This document shows, piece after piece, positions 25,261 to 38,010 of a stretch of DNA of 64,000 nt; within the stretch, counting starts at the first letter, position 1; each line of letters opens with the position of its first letter. Both the position numbers and the translations under genes were made by a program. Location of the stretch: contig CM068748.1 in NCBI GenBank assembly GCA_035084275.1, positions 11,098,001 to 11,162,000 on the forward strand, read 5' to 3'. The notes under the pieces are model-generated. The model saw only the letters and a program-made list of their open reading frames with translations, was not told where the DNA came from and ran no database searches. Source of the DNA: Hydrolagus colliei (lineage: Eukaryota).

Positions 25261-28200
25261 TGTATCATTATTAAAGGAAGGCAACAGCAACAACAAAATT
25301 ACATTTATAGAGTGCATTCCACATTGGGAGTACTTCCCAAGGATCTGAAAGACAATCTTACTTCAACACTGATTTATGAAATGTGGCAGGCTAAAACTTC
25401 CCCCAGTTTATTTACACAATGCTATCAATATATATATACATGGAAGTGATCGGAATTCGGACGAAATAAACTACCATTTATCAGAAAACATTTGTTTTAA
25501 ACAACTATCAGTTGAATGGTATAGACAAAAGTGGGAAAAAAAGTCTCAGAAAGATGAAACAGAACATAAGTGCAAAGTGTATATCCTTACTGAGAAAGGA
25601 AATGGAAACCTGTGATAAAAGGGTGACATTGACACATACTCGTGAAATGGAGGGTGGTGAATTCTGCCAAAGTATAGTATTCACAAAGACAATTGTGGAG
25701 TGCTAAAGGTGCGAAGAGAATTTTCTTTTAAAACAAGCTTCTTATTGATTTTATAAGAAACAACACCTGGGAAAGAAGGCAAGATTTTCTTTTTTTTTTA
25801 AATTAAAGGCAACCAACAGAACAACTGTATTATTAGAAGTAGGCAGAAAAATACTGAATAAACTACATTATTAACCTATGGCAATTGTATTTACTGCACT
25901 GCACAGTTTTGAGATGAAAAGCAATATTCCTGATAATAGTTTTCTTCCAAATAAACTCACAAGTGATTTCAAACTTTAACTTATCTAGACTGGGCAAATT
26001 CTGATAATTATAAATAAAGTACATTAGTTTGCATTTCAAACATGAACTCTATTGGTTGAACACAAAGGATATGGCCAGAAAATCCAACTTCATATTCCTT
26101 CTCAAAAATAAGTTAAGGAGATGTCAAACCAACTTATAATATATAAAAATATAATATATAAAATATACAGTCAATTTTCCTACTTTCCTTCCCCCAATTA
26201 CGACCCCTCCCTCCCTTCTCTGGTCCCTACTTATTTTCCCCCTTTTCTTCCCTCTTGTCTTCTCCCTCGCCCCCCTCTGGTCCCAACCTTGGGACGTTGT
26301 TGTATTCTGTGAAGCGACTTGAGACGTCGATAAGATGTGGAAAGCGCTATATAAATGTAAAGGTTAATTATTATATTATTATAACCTGGACTTTAAGGAT
26401 CCATGACAATATTTAGAAAGCAGGGAGTTCCGGCCAACAATCCTCCAAATATATTTACTTCATGGCTGTTTGTGAACACTGCTGTGACATGTTTATTGCT
26501 GCATTCACCCACAAAACACACAGTCATTTTGTTGCTGTATTTTGTTGTATACCTTATGAAATACTTTGGGTTATGCAAATCCAGCTGTGAACAACAAATG
26601 TTTTTGTTCACAACTGGATTAAGTTTGTTATTATTCTGCAACATATTATTCCATTATAAGCAGCCCTGCAGCACTTGTTGCTAGGTAGGAGCATGTTATC
26701 CGATTGTTAAATGGAAAACCAAATCCTGTCGGCCAATTATCTTTCCTTAAGACTGGCCAAAGAATGCTAAATTGATAAGGAATCATTTACATATTGCTTT
26801 ACACAGCGATTCTTACATTTTTAATTAATCCATCTTCTTGACAGAACATAGCGTGCACATGGAGCGCGAAAAAGAGAATGCATAAAATAAAAAGCCAAAC
26901 CAAAAATGTTTCATCGCACAAGCAGATATGATGCCTAAGTAATAATGTCACCACAAACTATCATGTTGGGGTTTTTTTTGGCTTTGTGAACAACAGCAAA
27001 TGGAACAGAGGTTTTATAATGTTACACATGAAGGCTTTTTAAAGAATGTAAGGAGGTTTTTTCCGTCCTTAGTACAATCCTTCAACCTTGCAACATTTGT
27101 TATCAGTGTGATGGGTACACAATTGTGAGTGATCAACTGGATGGTTCCATCTCCTGTTATTATCTGCCAGATAGAGGGAGATAAATCTATTTGTCTCAGC
27201 ACTGCTTGTTTCATCATTCTGACAGGCTTGTGTGAGCTCATATTCATCAGCTGTTTGAAAACAGCCAGCCCCAAAACAGCAGACAGCACTCTTCCCGACT
27301 AACCCACAGGTTAATTGATCTTTAATCTATATTTAATTACACATTTATAACACAACTCATTATTAAGCATTTAATTTATGTTTTGATATTTGCTATGATC
27401 AACTGATTGATGCAGAAAGATGCCACAGTGGTCTGTTTGTGTGGCTTGCACAATTTTTAGAATAAAAGGCAAACTGAGCAGAAAATATTTCAACAGCTTG
27501 TCTGAGCTCTGTGTTACTTGTTGCATGTCCTCATTCTGCTTCTGAGATTAGGTGCAAACATCTGGGTCTATTGTCATTTAAGCAAAGGGTTGCTTTTTGC
27601 TTTCAAAATCCAAATCGAAATTTGGTCAAATTCTTATGGTGCTATACAACTAAATTAAGTAAAATTGCTGGCCATAAACTTGGTCATTCATCCATGGCTG
27701 CTTCTAGGACATGGCTGTGTGCAAACCGGTTGCTGCAATCGCCTACAAAATACTTGGCAGTAAATCTGAGTGTTTTGAGGCATCCACCCAACATGACAAC
27801 AAGGTTATACAAGGATCAAATACAAGGATTATTATTACTATTATTATTAATATTGTTATTATTAAGGGCACAGGATCCCAGAAGTGCATTCGAGTCTAAC
27901 CTATTGTCATAAGTTCATTCCAGCAATTTAGGAATATATTTAAAAAAACTTGCAAACATCTTCCTTATCTCCTCTCACTTATTTTTTGGGCACTCAATTG
28001 GCACACCAAACTGCATACCACATCCAGTTTCACACATTCACTCAAGTGAAGGTTAATAAAACAGTCAAGATGTTTGTAACTCTACAAGCTACAAAACATT
28101 TTGGTTTCACAGTGCAATTGATAATGGAATTTTATTTTAAATCATAGTCCTTAACAGAAAAACATAATGCAAATGATTGCTGGATGAAGTGCATATTGTG

Positions 28201-28540
28201 TTCAGCAAATCAAAGTTTCCAATAAACTGGTTTTAACAATACTGTGGGAACAGAAAAATGCTGTAAATTACTTTTGATACAACAAGATTGCTCCAAAGTG
28301 GAAGATGAGACAATGTTGTAAGTAATAATTGTGAGAATTATCATCACCAGAAAAGGTTACAGTAGACAGCTAACAAATTTGTGTGACATACAACTTGAAT
28401 ATATTATTAGTAAGTATCTGCATTGAAGCCTTACCTTTAGAAGAAAATATCTTTAAATTGAGTTTAAACTCATCATGGAACAACTATTCTTGTATTTCTC
28501 CTACAACAATATTCTTTCAACAGCAGCAATAAACTCAATA

Positions 28541-29275
28541 CAGGTACCCCCTGATTTACGACAGGGTTGCGTTCCTGAAAAACGTCACATAAATCTAAAT
28601 TTCATAAATCGGAACGGGTTTTCCCATACGTCCCATTATGTAATCCGAGATGCGTTCTTTTGACAAAATTTTCAGACCCAAAACCCACTAAAATAACACT
28701 TTGCAACAAAGAATTTAATGATAATGAGACTTAATCAATTTAATTAATGAATAATTAATTTAATACCACATTGAGCGGGTCCCGCAGCTCTCGATCGCAG
28801 TCGAGCAGGTCCCATACCGCGAACGTATCCAGCGTCTAGGACCCAACGTGAGCACCAAAGCCTTGAGGAATCACCTGATCACCTCATGCAATCAGCAACC
28901 AGCAGCCGCTTGACGTCATATAAATAATGACGTAGCGACATGCTATTGGCCAGTTCAACATGTTTACATGACGTCAAGCGGCTGCTGGCTGAATGAGGTG
29001 ATCAGGTGATCCCCAAGGCCTCGGGGATATACTAGATATAACTTCCGCCTGGGTCACTGTTTGGCACGTTTTTCTCAATATCTACATTAATTTCATGTTG
29101 GAATACAAAATATACTGTGTATTTAGATTTTTTTTCTACCCCCAAAAATTCAAGTATAATTTAAAAATTTCGTTAAAACAAAACAAAATATCGTACATCG
29201 ATAAAAAGGTGTTAAAAAATTACGTTCGTTAAATTGAAATCATGTAAATAGAGACATCGTAAATCGGGGTATCTG
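28541..29275. mobile_element. Tigger-like MITE with central hairpin
   Basis: TIRs CAGGTACCCCCTGATTTACGA and CAGATACCCCGATTTACGA, TA-flanked. Internal inverted repeat at 28861-29018. Confidence 0.88.
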
Positions 29276-30727
29276 TAATTGATTGGGCTGCGTATAGAGT
29301 CAGAAAAATGAACTCTGGAGCATTCAAGTGTCCACCTTAATGTACACACATGGGACATTATCTTTCTGTGATCCTTTTAGTATTAGGCTTTATTTCCAGG
29401 CATTAGAACTCTGTTTCAGTAAAATGTTACAATTATGAAACACTTCTGCTAGTCACCTAACATGTACGTTTTCAAAGATATAAGAATTTTAAAAATTAGC
29501 TGTAAATTATTTAACTGGCCAATAACTAATACAAGTGTCAATTGGATAATGAATGACAAAAAAGAAAAAAATGATTTTTGTATTTCCATCTAAAAGATTA
29601 AAGATCAAAATCTACAATCTTGACTTACTGAAGTTGACATACATCACCAGAATGTATAGTCATCTATCAGCTATGTTTTATTCAGCACAGTAGTAGTTAG
29701 TGCCATACTCAAAACCTGAGATGATCAAAGGTGACTCTTTTTGATTAAATTCTTGGCAGTCTTGTTGAAGCTGCCCATTTGTAATGAGTTACGACATATT
29801 GATAGGTATTATGAAATCTGCTATATAAGTCGCACCTTTGCTCCCAAAAGTCCGGTCTCTAAATATAGCGCAATGATTTTAACACCGGTTCATTTTTGGG
29901 GGTTTTACAAAAATGGTAAGTATAAATTAGGGAGTGACTTTATTGACCAGTAATTCTGATGGAACAAATATATTGATGTGAAATCTTGTACAATATGATT
30001 GTCATGCATAATAATTCACCATTTGGTAATTACCATTTTGGTAGAAAATGCTTCCATGTCCCCTGAAAAAGTAAGGACAAGGATGCCATGAACACTGAGG
30101 TGGAATAATTTGATTCAGAATGGATTCTAACATGAATATTTTTGAAACAACCACACTCTTTAAACAAGAGATTACTCATTATTTTGCAGCAGAGATACTC
30201 CAGATTGGCAGTTAGCTCGCTAAGGTTGTTCTATGTACATGGTGTTTTACCACATACAAATGTCTGCTTTCAGGCAAATCTGATGCTCAATTCGCCTAAT
30301 CTAATCAACTTCAAAAGTGCAAAATAAAAAAAAATCCATAAAAGTGTAGGTGAGTTGTCATAAGACATTAATACCTTTCTGCAAACTTCATAGTGCATCA
30401 ATACCCTTTTGTGAATGTTATCATGCATCAAGGACATCACCCATCAGCAACTAGCTTCAAAACAAATGTCAAAGTACCTCAGTCAAAGAAAGCAACAATG
30501 AGTTCAAGAGTTGAAATTTAATCTCTGGGTGTTTATAAATTCAATCAAATTTTGATGTTATCGTTTAATCAGTCATCCAAACCTCATGATTAGCTGATAG
30601 CCTTGAAATTTACTACATATCTAGTATGCATGAACACTATCACATTTAAATAGGGTATTTGTAAAAATTATGTGATTTTAATTTATTATTTGATATTTAT
30701 TTCACATCATTAAGTACAGTATAACAG

Positions 30728-31329
30728 TAGAGTACAAAAGTCAGGAAGTGCTGACTAACCTCTATAAAACTTTGGTTAGGCCTCAGCTGGAATACTGTGT
30801 TCAATTCTATTCACCACACTACAGAATGGATGTTAAGGCATTGGAAAAGGTGCAAAGAAGGTTTACTAGAATGGTACCAGGATTGAGGGAATTCAGTTAT
30901 GAGGAAAGGCTAGATAGACTAGGTTTATTCTCTTTAGAACAGAGAAGGTTGAGAGGAGACCTAATAGAAGTTTATAAAATCATGAGGAGAATCGACAGGG
31001 TGAATAAGGTAAAACTGTTTCCACTGGTGGATGAATCTGTGACTCGTGGTCACAGATTTAAGATAGTTTCAAAACGAAGCAGAGGAGAAATGTTTTCACT
31101 CAGCAGGTTGTTCAAATCTGGAATCAAATCTTGCTTGAAAAGGTGGTGGAGGCCGATTTGATAACAGCTTTTAAAAGAGAATTAGATCTTTATTTAGGGA
31201 GAACAGGTCTGTTAGGTTATAGGGAGAGAGCTGAGCAGTGGGATTGAGTTGCTCTTTGCAAAGAGCCGGCACAGACTAGATGGGCCGAATGACCTCCTTT
31301 TGTGCTGTAAAATTCTATGATTCTATGAT
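30728..31329 (+). mobile_element. CR1 LINE 3' end, related to the young CR1
   Basis: LYKTLVRPQLEYCVQF...LFSLEQRRLRGDLIEVYK, a deletion/frameshift near 31090, and tail attctatgattctatga. Confidence 0.95.
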
Positions 31330-32964
31330 AACAAATCGAAAATACAAACCAGGTAGAAGTATCAATACAAAGCTTCTCAATTATTGAGATTTCTGCCTCC
31401 ATTCTCTCTCTGGAGCTTTAAAGAGAAACTATGGAGCCTAACTTGACAATGTTCAGGACATCACTACAAGCCACAACAAGATAGACTGGCTAAATGACTT
31501 CAGAACATTTTTTCCCTCAAAGTGTAATTATTGCAATCAAGCCCATCCAATTGTAATTTTGGAAGAAGACAATGATTTTAGGATTTCATAAAGAACCTTT
31601 AGAACTACAGTTGAATTCAATTAGTATGGATAGATTTCCTCTATCTACAGTTAGCAGTTCTTATTTTGTTTGCATGGTAAATGTAATTTTGTTGTTGTTG
31701 TTGTGCTCAGGAACGGTGATTTTCCACAACAGTTTTTGCACAAATAAAGAATAAGCAAATCCCAAATTCAAATGCGTTGGTTCAGGTAATTTCAACACAG
31801 ATGGATAAAAGTGGAAATATATACAGGTAGTCAGAAGAAACTCTCACGTATGCGGTGGCGCTTCCCCAGCCATTTCTAGGATAGTTTCTAAATACCGGCA
31901 AACCAGGGAAGTGCGCGGGCCCAACCGGGCCAGATTATCGATGTTTTACTGGATAGAAATATATCAATGTTCATTTCAAAAAGAGACCAACTATAATACT
32001 GTACTTATACTTATGTTTTATGATTTCTGTCCTATGGGTGTTCTGATAACCTTATGTGGGTGCTCTGACAACCTGTAGAATTCTTGATTTATATTTAAAA
32101 TATCCAATAATTTCACAAGATCTTCAAAGCAGCATAAGGTACACAACAATCAAATGAATGCAGAATGAGAGAAAGCATGCAACTCTCATAAACTACTCAC
32201 AGCCTCCCCTTTCAGCTACGCACTTAAACCTTTGGAGGAAATTTTTGGATAAATATTCCCCAATCCCCAAAGCTAATCAAACAGAAACTCCAGAAACGTC
32301 ATCTATCTCCAGATCTCAATTATTAAAACCTGGCCCATTTCCCTGCACAGACAACATCCTTCCAAGCCCTCTCCTGGTCCCACTATCACAGAAACTATCA
32401 TACCTCTTACAGGATTTGTTCTTCTGTCTGCATCTATCGTGAGTAATAACTGCCTATAATCGACAACTCATCCCATAATGAGTTAAACCAATGTAATTTC
32501 GAGAAAGAAAAAGAAAATCCTTCAAGCAGCAGATAATGAAAATTTGAGTGGATTCCCTCAGGGTCATGGGAAACGTTATTGCTGCAAAACTACAAATATC
32601 CAGATGGGCAGATTTAGGGAAAGCAGCCGAAAACCTTTAAAAGTAGACCAAATCTCTGCTAAAATCAGAAAGATTTTTAGTGCACAGAACACTCCGGATT
32701 GATTAAAGCTGCAGGACTGTGAATGGAACACAGAATAGATGTCAAAAAATTACAGCCTTGCACTACTTCATCTAAACTAAGATTTCAGTGAAATGCTTCC
32801 CATCTTTCACATTAAATCAATATCTTTTCATTTTGGGGGAATACAAGTGAATAGCTGTCTTACATTTTATGCAAATGAACAAATCAATCTAAAAAGCTCA
32901 AAATTAACTTATCACTAAGTAAAAACGATAGGCCTTGTGCTGCTCTGCAAACCTCATAATTATA

Positions 32965-33057
32965 CAGGGTGTTCAAAAAGTTGTGTTAGCATTACAATGT
33001 TTAATATGATATTTTTTCCCAATAATAGGCTAGCCTCAGAATTTTTTAATCACCCTG
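32965..33057. mobile_element. 93-bp Tc1/mariner-type MITE
   Basis: TIRs CAGGGTGTTCAAAAAGTT and CAGGGTGATTAAAAAATT, TA-flanked. Confidence 0.75.
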
Positions 33058-33061
33058 TATG

Positions 33062-33640
33062 TAGGGTCCGTCGATACGATGGGCTCATATCGAGATATAC
33101 CGAAATATCGATATTTTCAGGGTTTCGTACTGCGCATGTGCGCACAGCGCGCGGATTCAGAGTGTGCGCGCATCCCGGGTGCGCACACATTCGGGGCCTA
33201 TCTCCTCAGGAGGTAAATATCTTTCTCTAACTGTGTCTCTCACTCTCTCCATCTTTGTGTTTTTCTGTCTGTGTCTCTGTGACATCCCCCCATCTCTATC
33301 TATCTGTATATTATCACATCCACCCCATCTCTCCCCCCACCCTCCCCCCACCCCCTGCCGTCTCTCTCCCTCCCCCCCCGCCGTCACTCTCCCCCCCCCC
33401 CCCTCCCCCCCTCTCCCCCACCACCCCCCCCCAGCCGTCTCTCTCTCCCTCCCCTTCCCGCCATCTGTCTCTCCCCCCAACCTCCCCCTAGCCGTCTCTC
33501 TCTCCCCCCACAGCCTACTCTCTCCCCTCACCCCCCCCCCCCAGCCGTCTCTCTCCCCCCCCACCCCCCCAGCCGTCTCTCTCCCCCCTACCCACCCCCA
33601 GCCGTCTCTCTCCCCCCCTCACCCCCACCCAGCCTGTCCC
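33062..33640. mobile_element. Left half of the hAT MITE family with expanded C-rich minisatellite
   Basis: Starts TAGGGTCCGTCGATA and aligns to 14310-14610. No right TIR is visible. Confidence 0.88.
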
Positions 33641-33658
33641 TGGGGGGAAAAAAGAATA

Positions 33659-33911
33659 CAGTAAAAGCTTGGTTATCCGGCACCCTCGGGACCTGACCGG
33701 TGCTGTTTTATCAAATATGCCGGATATTCGAGTTATTTTAAAACATACCATATTAATATTAGACTAAATAAGAACAGAATATTTGCACGCATGCGCAAAG
33801 TGAGCATAATCCGATATGAGATCCTTTTGCTGGAATGGTGAATTGTATTGGGAGATACCGGTTGGTAGACCGTGCCGGTTGGTTGGGTGCCGGGTAATCA
33901 AGCTTTTACTG
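33659..33911. mobile_element. Tigger-like MITE, copy D
   Basis: TIR CAGTAAAAGCTTG(G/A)TTA(T/C)CCGGCACCC, TA-flanked. Inverted homolog of 41350-41739. Confidence 0.9.
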
Positions 33912-34461
33912 TAGAATGATCATACCACTTGCGTGACATTTCCACAGGTACACCATTCATACTGTCCATCACAAAGCAATAATTAAATCAGTTTGTTATT
34001 TCATACTGTTAAACCATACTGTTATTTCTTCAACTACAATATAATTCTAAACATCTTCAGTAAAATAGAATTCCAATCAATATCTGTGTCTTTAGGTTTC
34101 ATTGGGGTCTATTCTTCAGCTACAATATATATTTTCAAAATTCTATAGCAGGTTTTGACAATATTATCACATTTTACAAATAATTATTCTGATCCCAGAA
34201 TAGAAATACGTAGTCAAGGTAATTTAACTGCAATTTAACTGGTTTATTGTTTTACATACAGGCTGTTTTCACAACCCAATCAAAAAAGACCCTGAAAATC
34301 AAAAGGATGAAATGAAAATCAATACACTGAGTTTGAACCCATGATTTCTCACTCAATACATTTTCAATACCACCTTGCCATTGTGAAGAGACACTGGAGA
34401 GAGGCCAGTACTTTTCCATAGGAATTTTTGAGAGGAAAAAAAGTCTACCTGGGTTGCTCTA

Positions 34462-34480
34462 GCGCACCACCTAGTGGCTA
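34462..34480 (-). promoter_or_regulatory. Candidate CTCF site
   Basis: Minus strand TAGCCACTAGGTGGTGCGC fits the CTCF core CCASYAGRKGGCRS except for one C->T. Confidence 0.55.
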
Positions 34481-34759
34481 CAGAAACTTAAGGAAATTAA
34501 GGAAATAACAACAACAATAAAATTATATTTGTATAGAGCCTTTCACGTCAGGAGAACGACCCAAAGCGCAGGACAGTTACTAATTCAAACCCGAGCTGAG
34601 GACAGGGTGTGGTGAGGGATGGGGGGGATAAGGAGTTGCCGATAAATAAATAAATGAAACAAATATAAACAAAAGATATTTACTCTGTGCCAAATGCCAG
34701 TTTGCACCATGTCAGTCAACTGTTCATCAAAAGTTCAAAGTCAAAACTCTAAACTGACT

Positions 34760-35295
34760 ATCCTCTCCTTGAGACCCTAATGCATGCATTCATCACATCC
34801 AAGCTAGACTGTGCCAACTCTCTGCTCTATCAGCCATTTACTTCCCTTCACAAGCTGCAAACTATCTACTACTATATAAATATAGATAGTAATATCTAGT
34901 ACTCTGTAGCTCACTTGCTTTCCCCCACCCTCACTCAGCTCTACTGGTTCCTGATCTCCTAAAAGATCAAGCTTAAATCTCTTAAATCTAACCTTTAAAT
35001 CTCTCCATGGCCTTGCTGCAACCTTCTCAAACCTTAACAACCTGGCTGCTCCCTCCATTCAATCTGCTTCACATCTTCTGCCCCACCAACAGCAGTCGGG
35101 CTTTCAATGCATCTTCAACTCATCCCTTCTGTCACTTCCTTCAAAGTCTGCTTCAAGACCTTGCTGTTTGACCACACTTCCCGTCACCAATCCGTTGGTC
35201 CCTACCCCCAGCTTTGGTACACACCCTGGACAGTCCAGCAACATGGGATAGCCCTTGATGTGAAAGGTGCTATATAAATGTAAATTTGTATTGTT
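34760..35295 (+). mobile_element. L2 LINE 3' fragment
   Basis: Translates to ETLMHAFITSKLDCANSLL, with tail gtgaaaggtgctatataaatgtaaatttgtattg. Confidence 0.8.
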
Positions 35296-35801
35296 AAGTG
35301 GAATAATTGGTTTCTGTTGTTTAAAATATATTTGATTCATTTTTAGTGTTTCTATATAAAGATCAATAACTCATAAAAGTAATTACGAAAGAAAAATTGC
35401 AGTCTCCTTTCCAAACAATTTCCAAATGCAGAAACCCAATCCTCTTTTTTGTACCTTCATAATGAGAACACTACCACACTTAGGGTGGACCATCCTCCGT
35501 ACTGACTACGCTCTCCTCATATTAAATGGTGTACAGTATTTATAGGAAAAATATGCTTTCACACATTTATAAAATCGTGCTCATTCTGTTCATACGGCAA
35601 ATGAATTTAATCTAGGTGGTCCAAATTACATCACAAAGACCAGCAAGGCATGGTTTTAAATTTCAACAAGTCTAAGTCTCATCAATGGATCTATCAATGT
35701 ATACTGAGAATGAGAAATTAACTGAGATTGAAACTTTCTATCTCGAGAGTAGAATAATTTTTTCTTCCAAATTACTTTTTACTGTGAGCAGTAAATCATA
35801 C

Positions 35802-35931
35802 CTTTGTAATTCATTGTTTCCATGGTGATAATGTTCCTGCCCACTCCAGCATGGATATCGTTTTCTCCAGAATCCTTGGTTCCTGCTTCCTCTCTCTGAT
35901 CTGTCCAGATGAGTCATACTGTCACAAGCCT
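35802..35931 (-). CDS. CCSER2: CCSER2 next coding exon, 130 bp
   Basis: Minus strand reads ttttcttgcag|AG GCT TGT...CAA AG|gtatga. It joins the phase-1 G of the previous exon to give EACDSMTHLDRSERGSRNQGFWRKRYPCWSGQEHYHHGNNELQ, similar to recalled human CCSER2 ECDNMNRFDR...GFWKR...WSGQEHYH. Missed by the ORF track. The intron between the two exons is 35932-60367. Confidence 0.9.
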
Positions 35932-37477
35932 CTGCAAGAAAAAGCCATTTTAAAATAGGAATAACAAGCTGATCGATAAAAATTACTCATGTATATTATT
36001 TGTTTAGTAAAGCAACGTTATTGTTTTATGTTAGAGGTGGATCACAGGTGCAATCTAATTCTTGTAAGACTATGGTACTGTTTGGTTGGTCAACATCCAA
36101 GGTTTAAGTAATTAATTCAATAACAACAACTTGTATTTATCTAGCGTCCTTCAATATATTAGCTGGTGATTTGCCTGCCCTTTGTTTAATCGCATTCAAA
36201 TCAAGGTAAATATTTTGGTAAAATAGAATATTTGTATACTATGGAATAAACTGTATTTGAAAAATTGTTCAATATATAGCAGCTAATAATTTAAAGCAAT
36301 TCAATCCCAGATCATTTTTATTTAGTTCATAAACTATTTGGGTCATAATCTCAAGAGTTATGATGTTTAATCAAATCACTCAATATTACGCTGCATCACA
36401 CGGCCAACCACACATTGTGAATTAGCAATCAAGCAGTTTGGAATCAAAAAATCTCACAACACTCCAATTAACTAATGAGGTGACCATAATTCACATTATC
36501 CCCAAAAGGATCTTGTGCAACAAAATGGTTATTACCTCAGTCAGGTACAATAATCCAACACATTTGCAATTAAAATAGGTATCACATAGGAATGCTTATG
36601 CGTAAAGATAAATCATTAAATATTAAAACAGTAATAATAATAATAATCCTTGTATTTGACATAGTGCCTTATCAAGTTGTCAAGAATTCTCAAAGCAATT
36701 TAGTTTACTGAATCAAGTACCCAGCAGTAATAGCAGTAATAACATATTAGGTCTTAAAAGCTTGTAGACTGTCAGAGGAACAGAAGACTGGAGGAAGTGA
36801 TGAATTCCACAATTTTCAGTTTTTAAGAAAGAATGTGCCAGGAAAACAATATATTTCAACATAGTATAAAGATACACGGATAACAGGTCAGATACCAAAT
36901 TTGGATCTTTGGAATCTGAGAGAAAGGTTCAGAGCAGTAATGAGTATTCCAATATCAGAAAAACAATGAACAAGATATTTTGATGATGAAAGAACCTGAG
37001 GAATGAGAAAAAGCTGATTTTTGAGACAACAAGCTTCTACTTGATTTCCATTGTCCAGAAATTGTAGAAAGGTAATAGAAGTACCAAGATCACTCCCCTC
37101 CAGAAGGACATAAAAATCATATTTTAGTTAGTCAACAACTACATTGCAAGACAAATGAGATTTTAGCATAGGTAAAATTATTTGAGAAGAAATTAGCTGG
37201 CTATTAACACATACTTGGTGCTATTTAGAAGTACTCTGGCAAGTTGACTGGTCAAAATCTTTGGGGACCTTCAAGGTGATGACAAAAGGTGCTCAAGAGT
37301 AGAGTTACATTAGTGCACACCACAAATAAAATAAGAGTTAGAACTTCAGTAACTAACATATATATATATATTATATTTGATTCATACCACTAAGAATTCA
37401 TCTATGACCAAAGCTGTTGGGTCTAATTTTGTGCATATGATGCTGGGAAGCATGCCAGCTGTACTCAAATTAATTGT

Positions 37478-37771
37478 GGAGTCCTATATAGCTCAGTGAT
37501 CAGAGCACTTGCCTTACAAGCGAGAGTCCTGGGTTCAATTCCAGGCAGGGTGAAACCTTGGGCAAATTTCTTTACTCCGCATGCCTAATAATAATCCCTC
37601 AAAAAAATTGATAAATTGGTCATTTCAATCTACTACTGTTTGTGCGACACTGCTGTGTACAATTGGCTGCGCTTTGCCCACAAATATACAGTCAATTCAC
37701 TTTACAGTATACCTGTATTCTGTAAAGTGCTATATCAAATGCAAGGATTATTATTATTATTATTATTATTA
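37478..37771 (+). mobile_element. tRNA-derived SINE
   Basis: A box tagctcagtg, B box gggttcaattcc, and (TTA)n tail. Confidence 0.92.
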
Positions 37772-37909
37772 TAGAGGTTGCGTTCACAGAGTCACAAAAT
37801 CTCACACTTGAGAATTAAGTCCACTAGCATTAGAGAATTCATCACAGCTACCTTTGGTGAAAAAAAATTAATGTAATGAAATCATAGGTTTACATCAGAA
37901 GAGAAAGTC

Positions 37910-38010
37910 ATAATAATAATAATCCTTGCATTTGATACAGCGCTTTCCACATCTTATCAACATCCCAAAGCGCTTCACAGAATATACTGTAAGGTGAATA
38001 TTTGTGGGCA
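37910..38010 (-). mobile_element. tRNA-derived SINE 3' fragment
   Basis: (taa)n tccttgcatttgatacagcgct...cgcttcacagaatatactgtaa. Confidence 0.85.

Noticed and set aside
31824-31953. Complete Tigger MITE
   Set aside because: Only the right end (gccagattatcgatgttttactg) resembles a TIR, with no matching left end.
33157-33751. Pro-rich ORFs of up to 166 aa
   Set aside because: Same minisatellite artefact in the second hAT copy.
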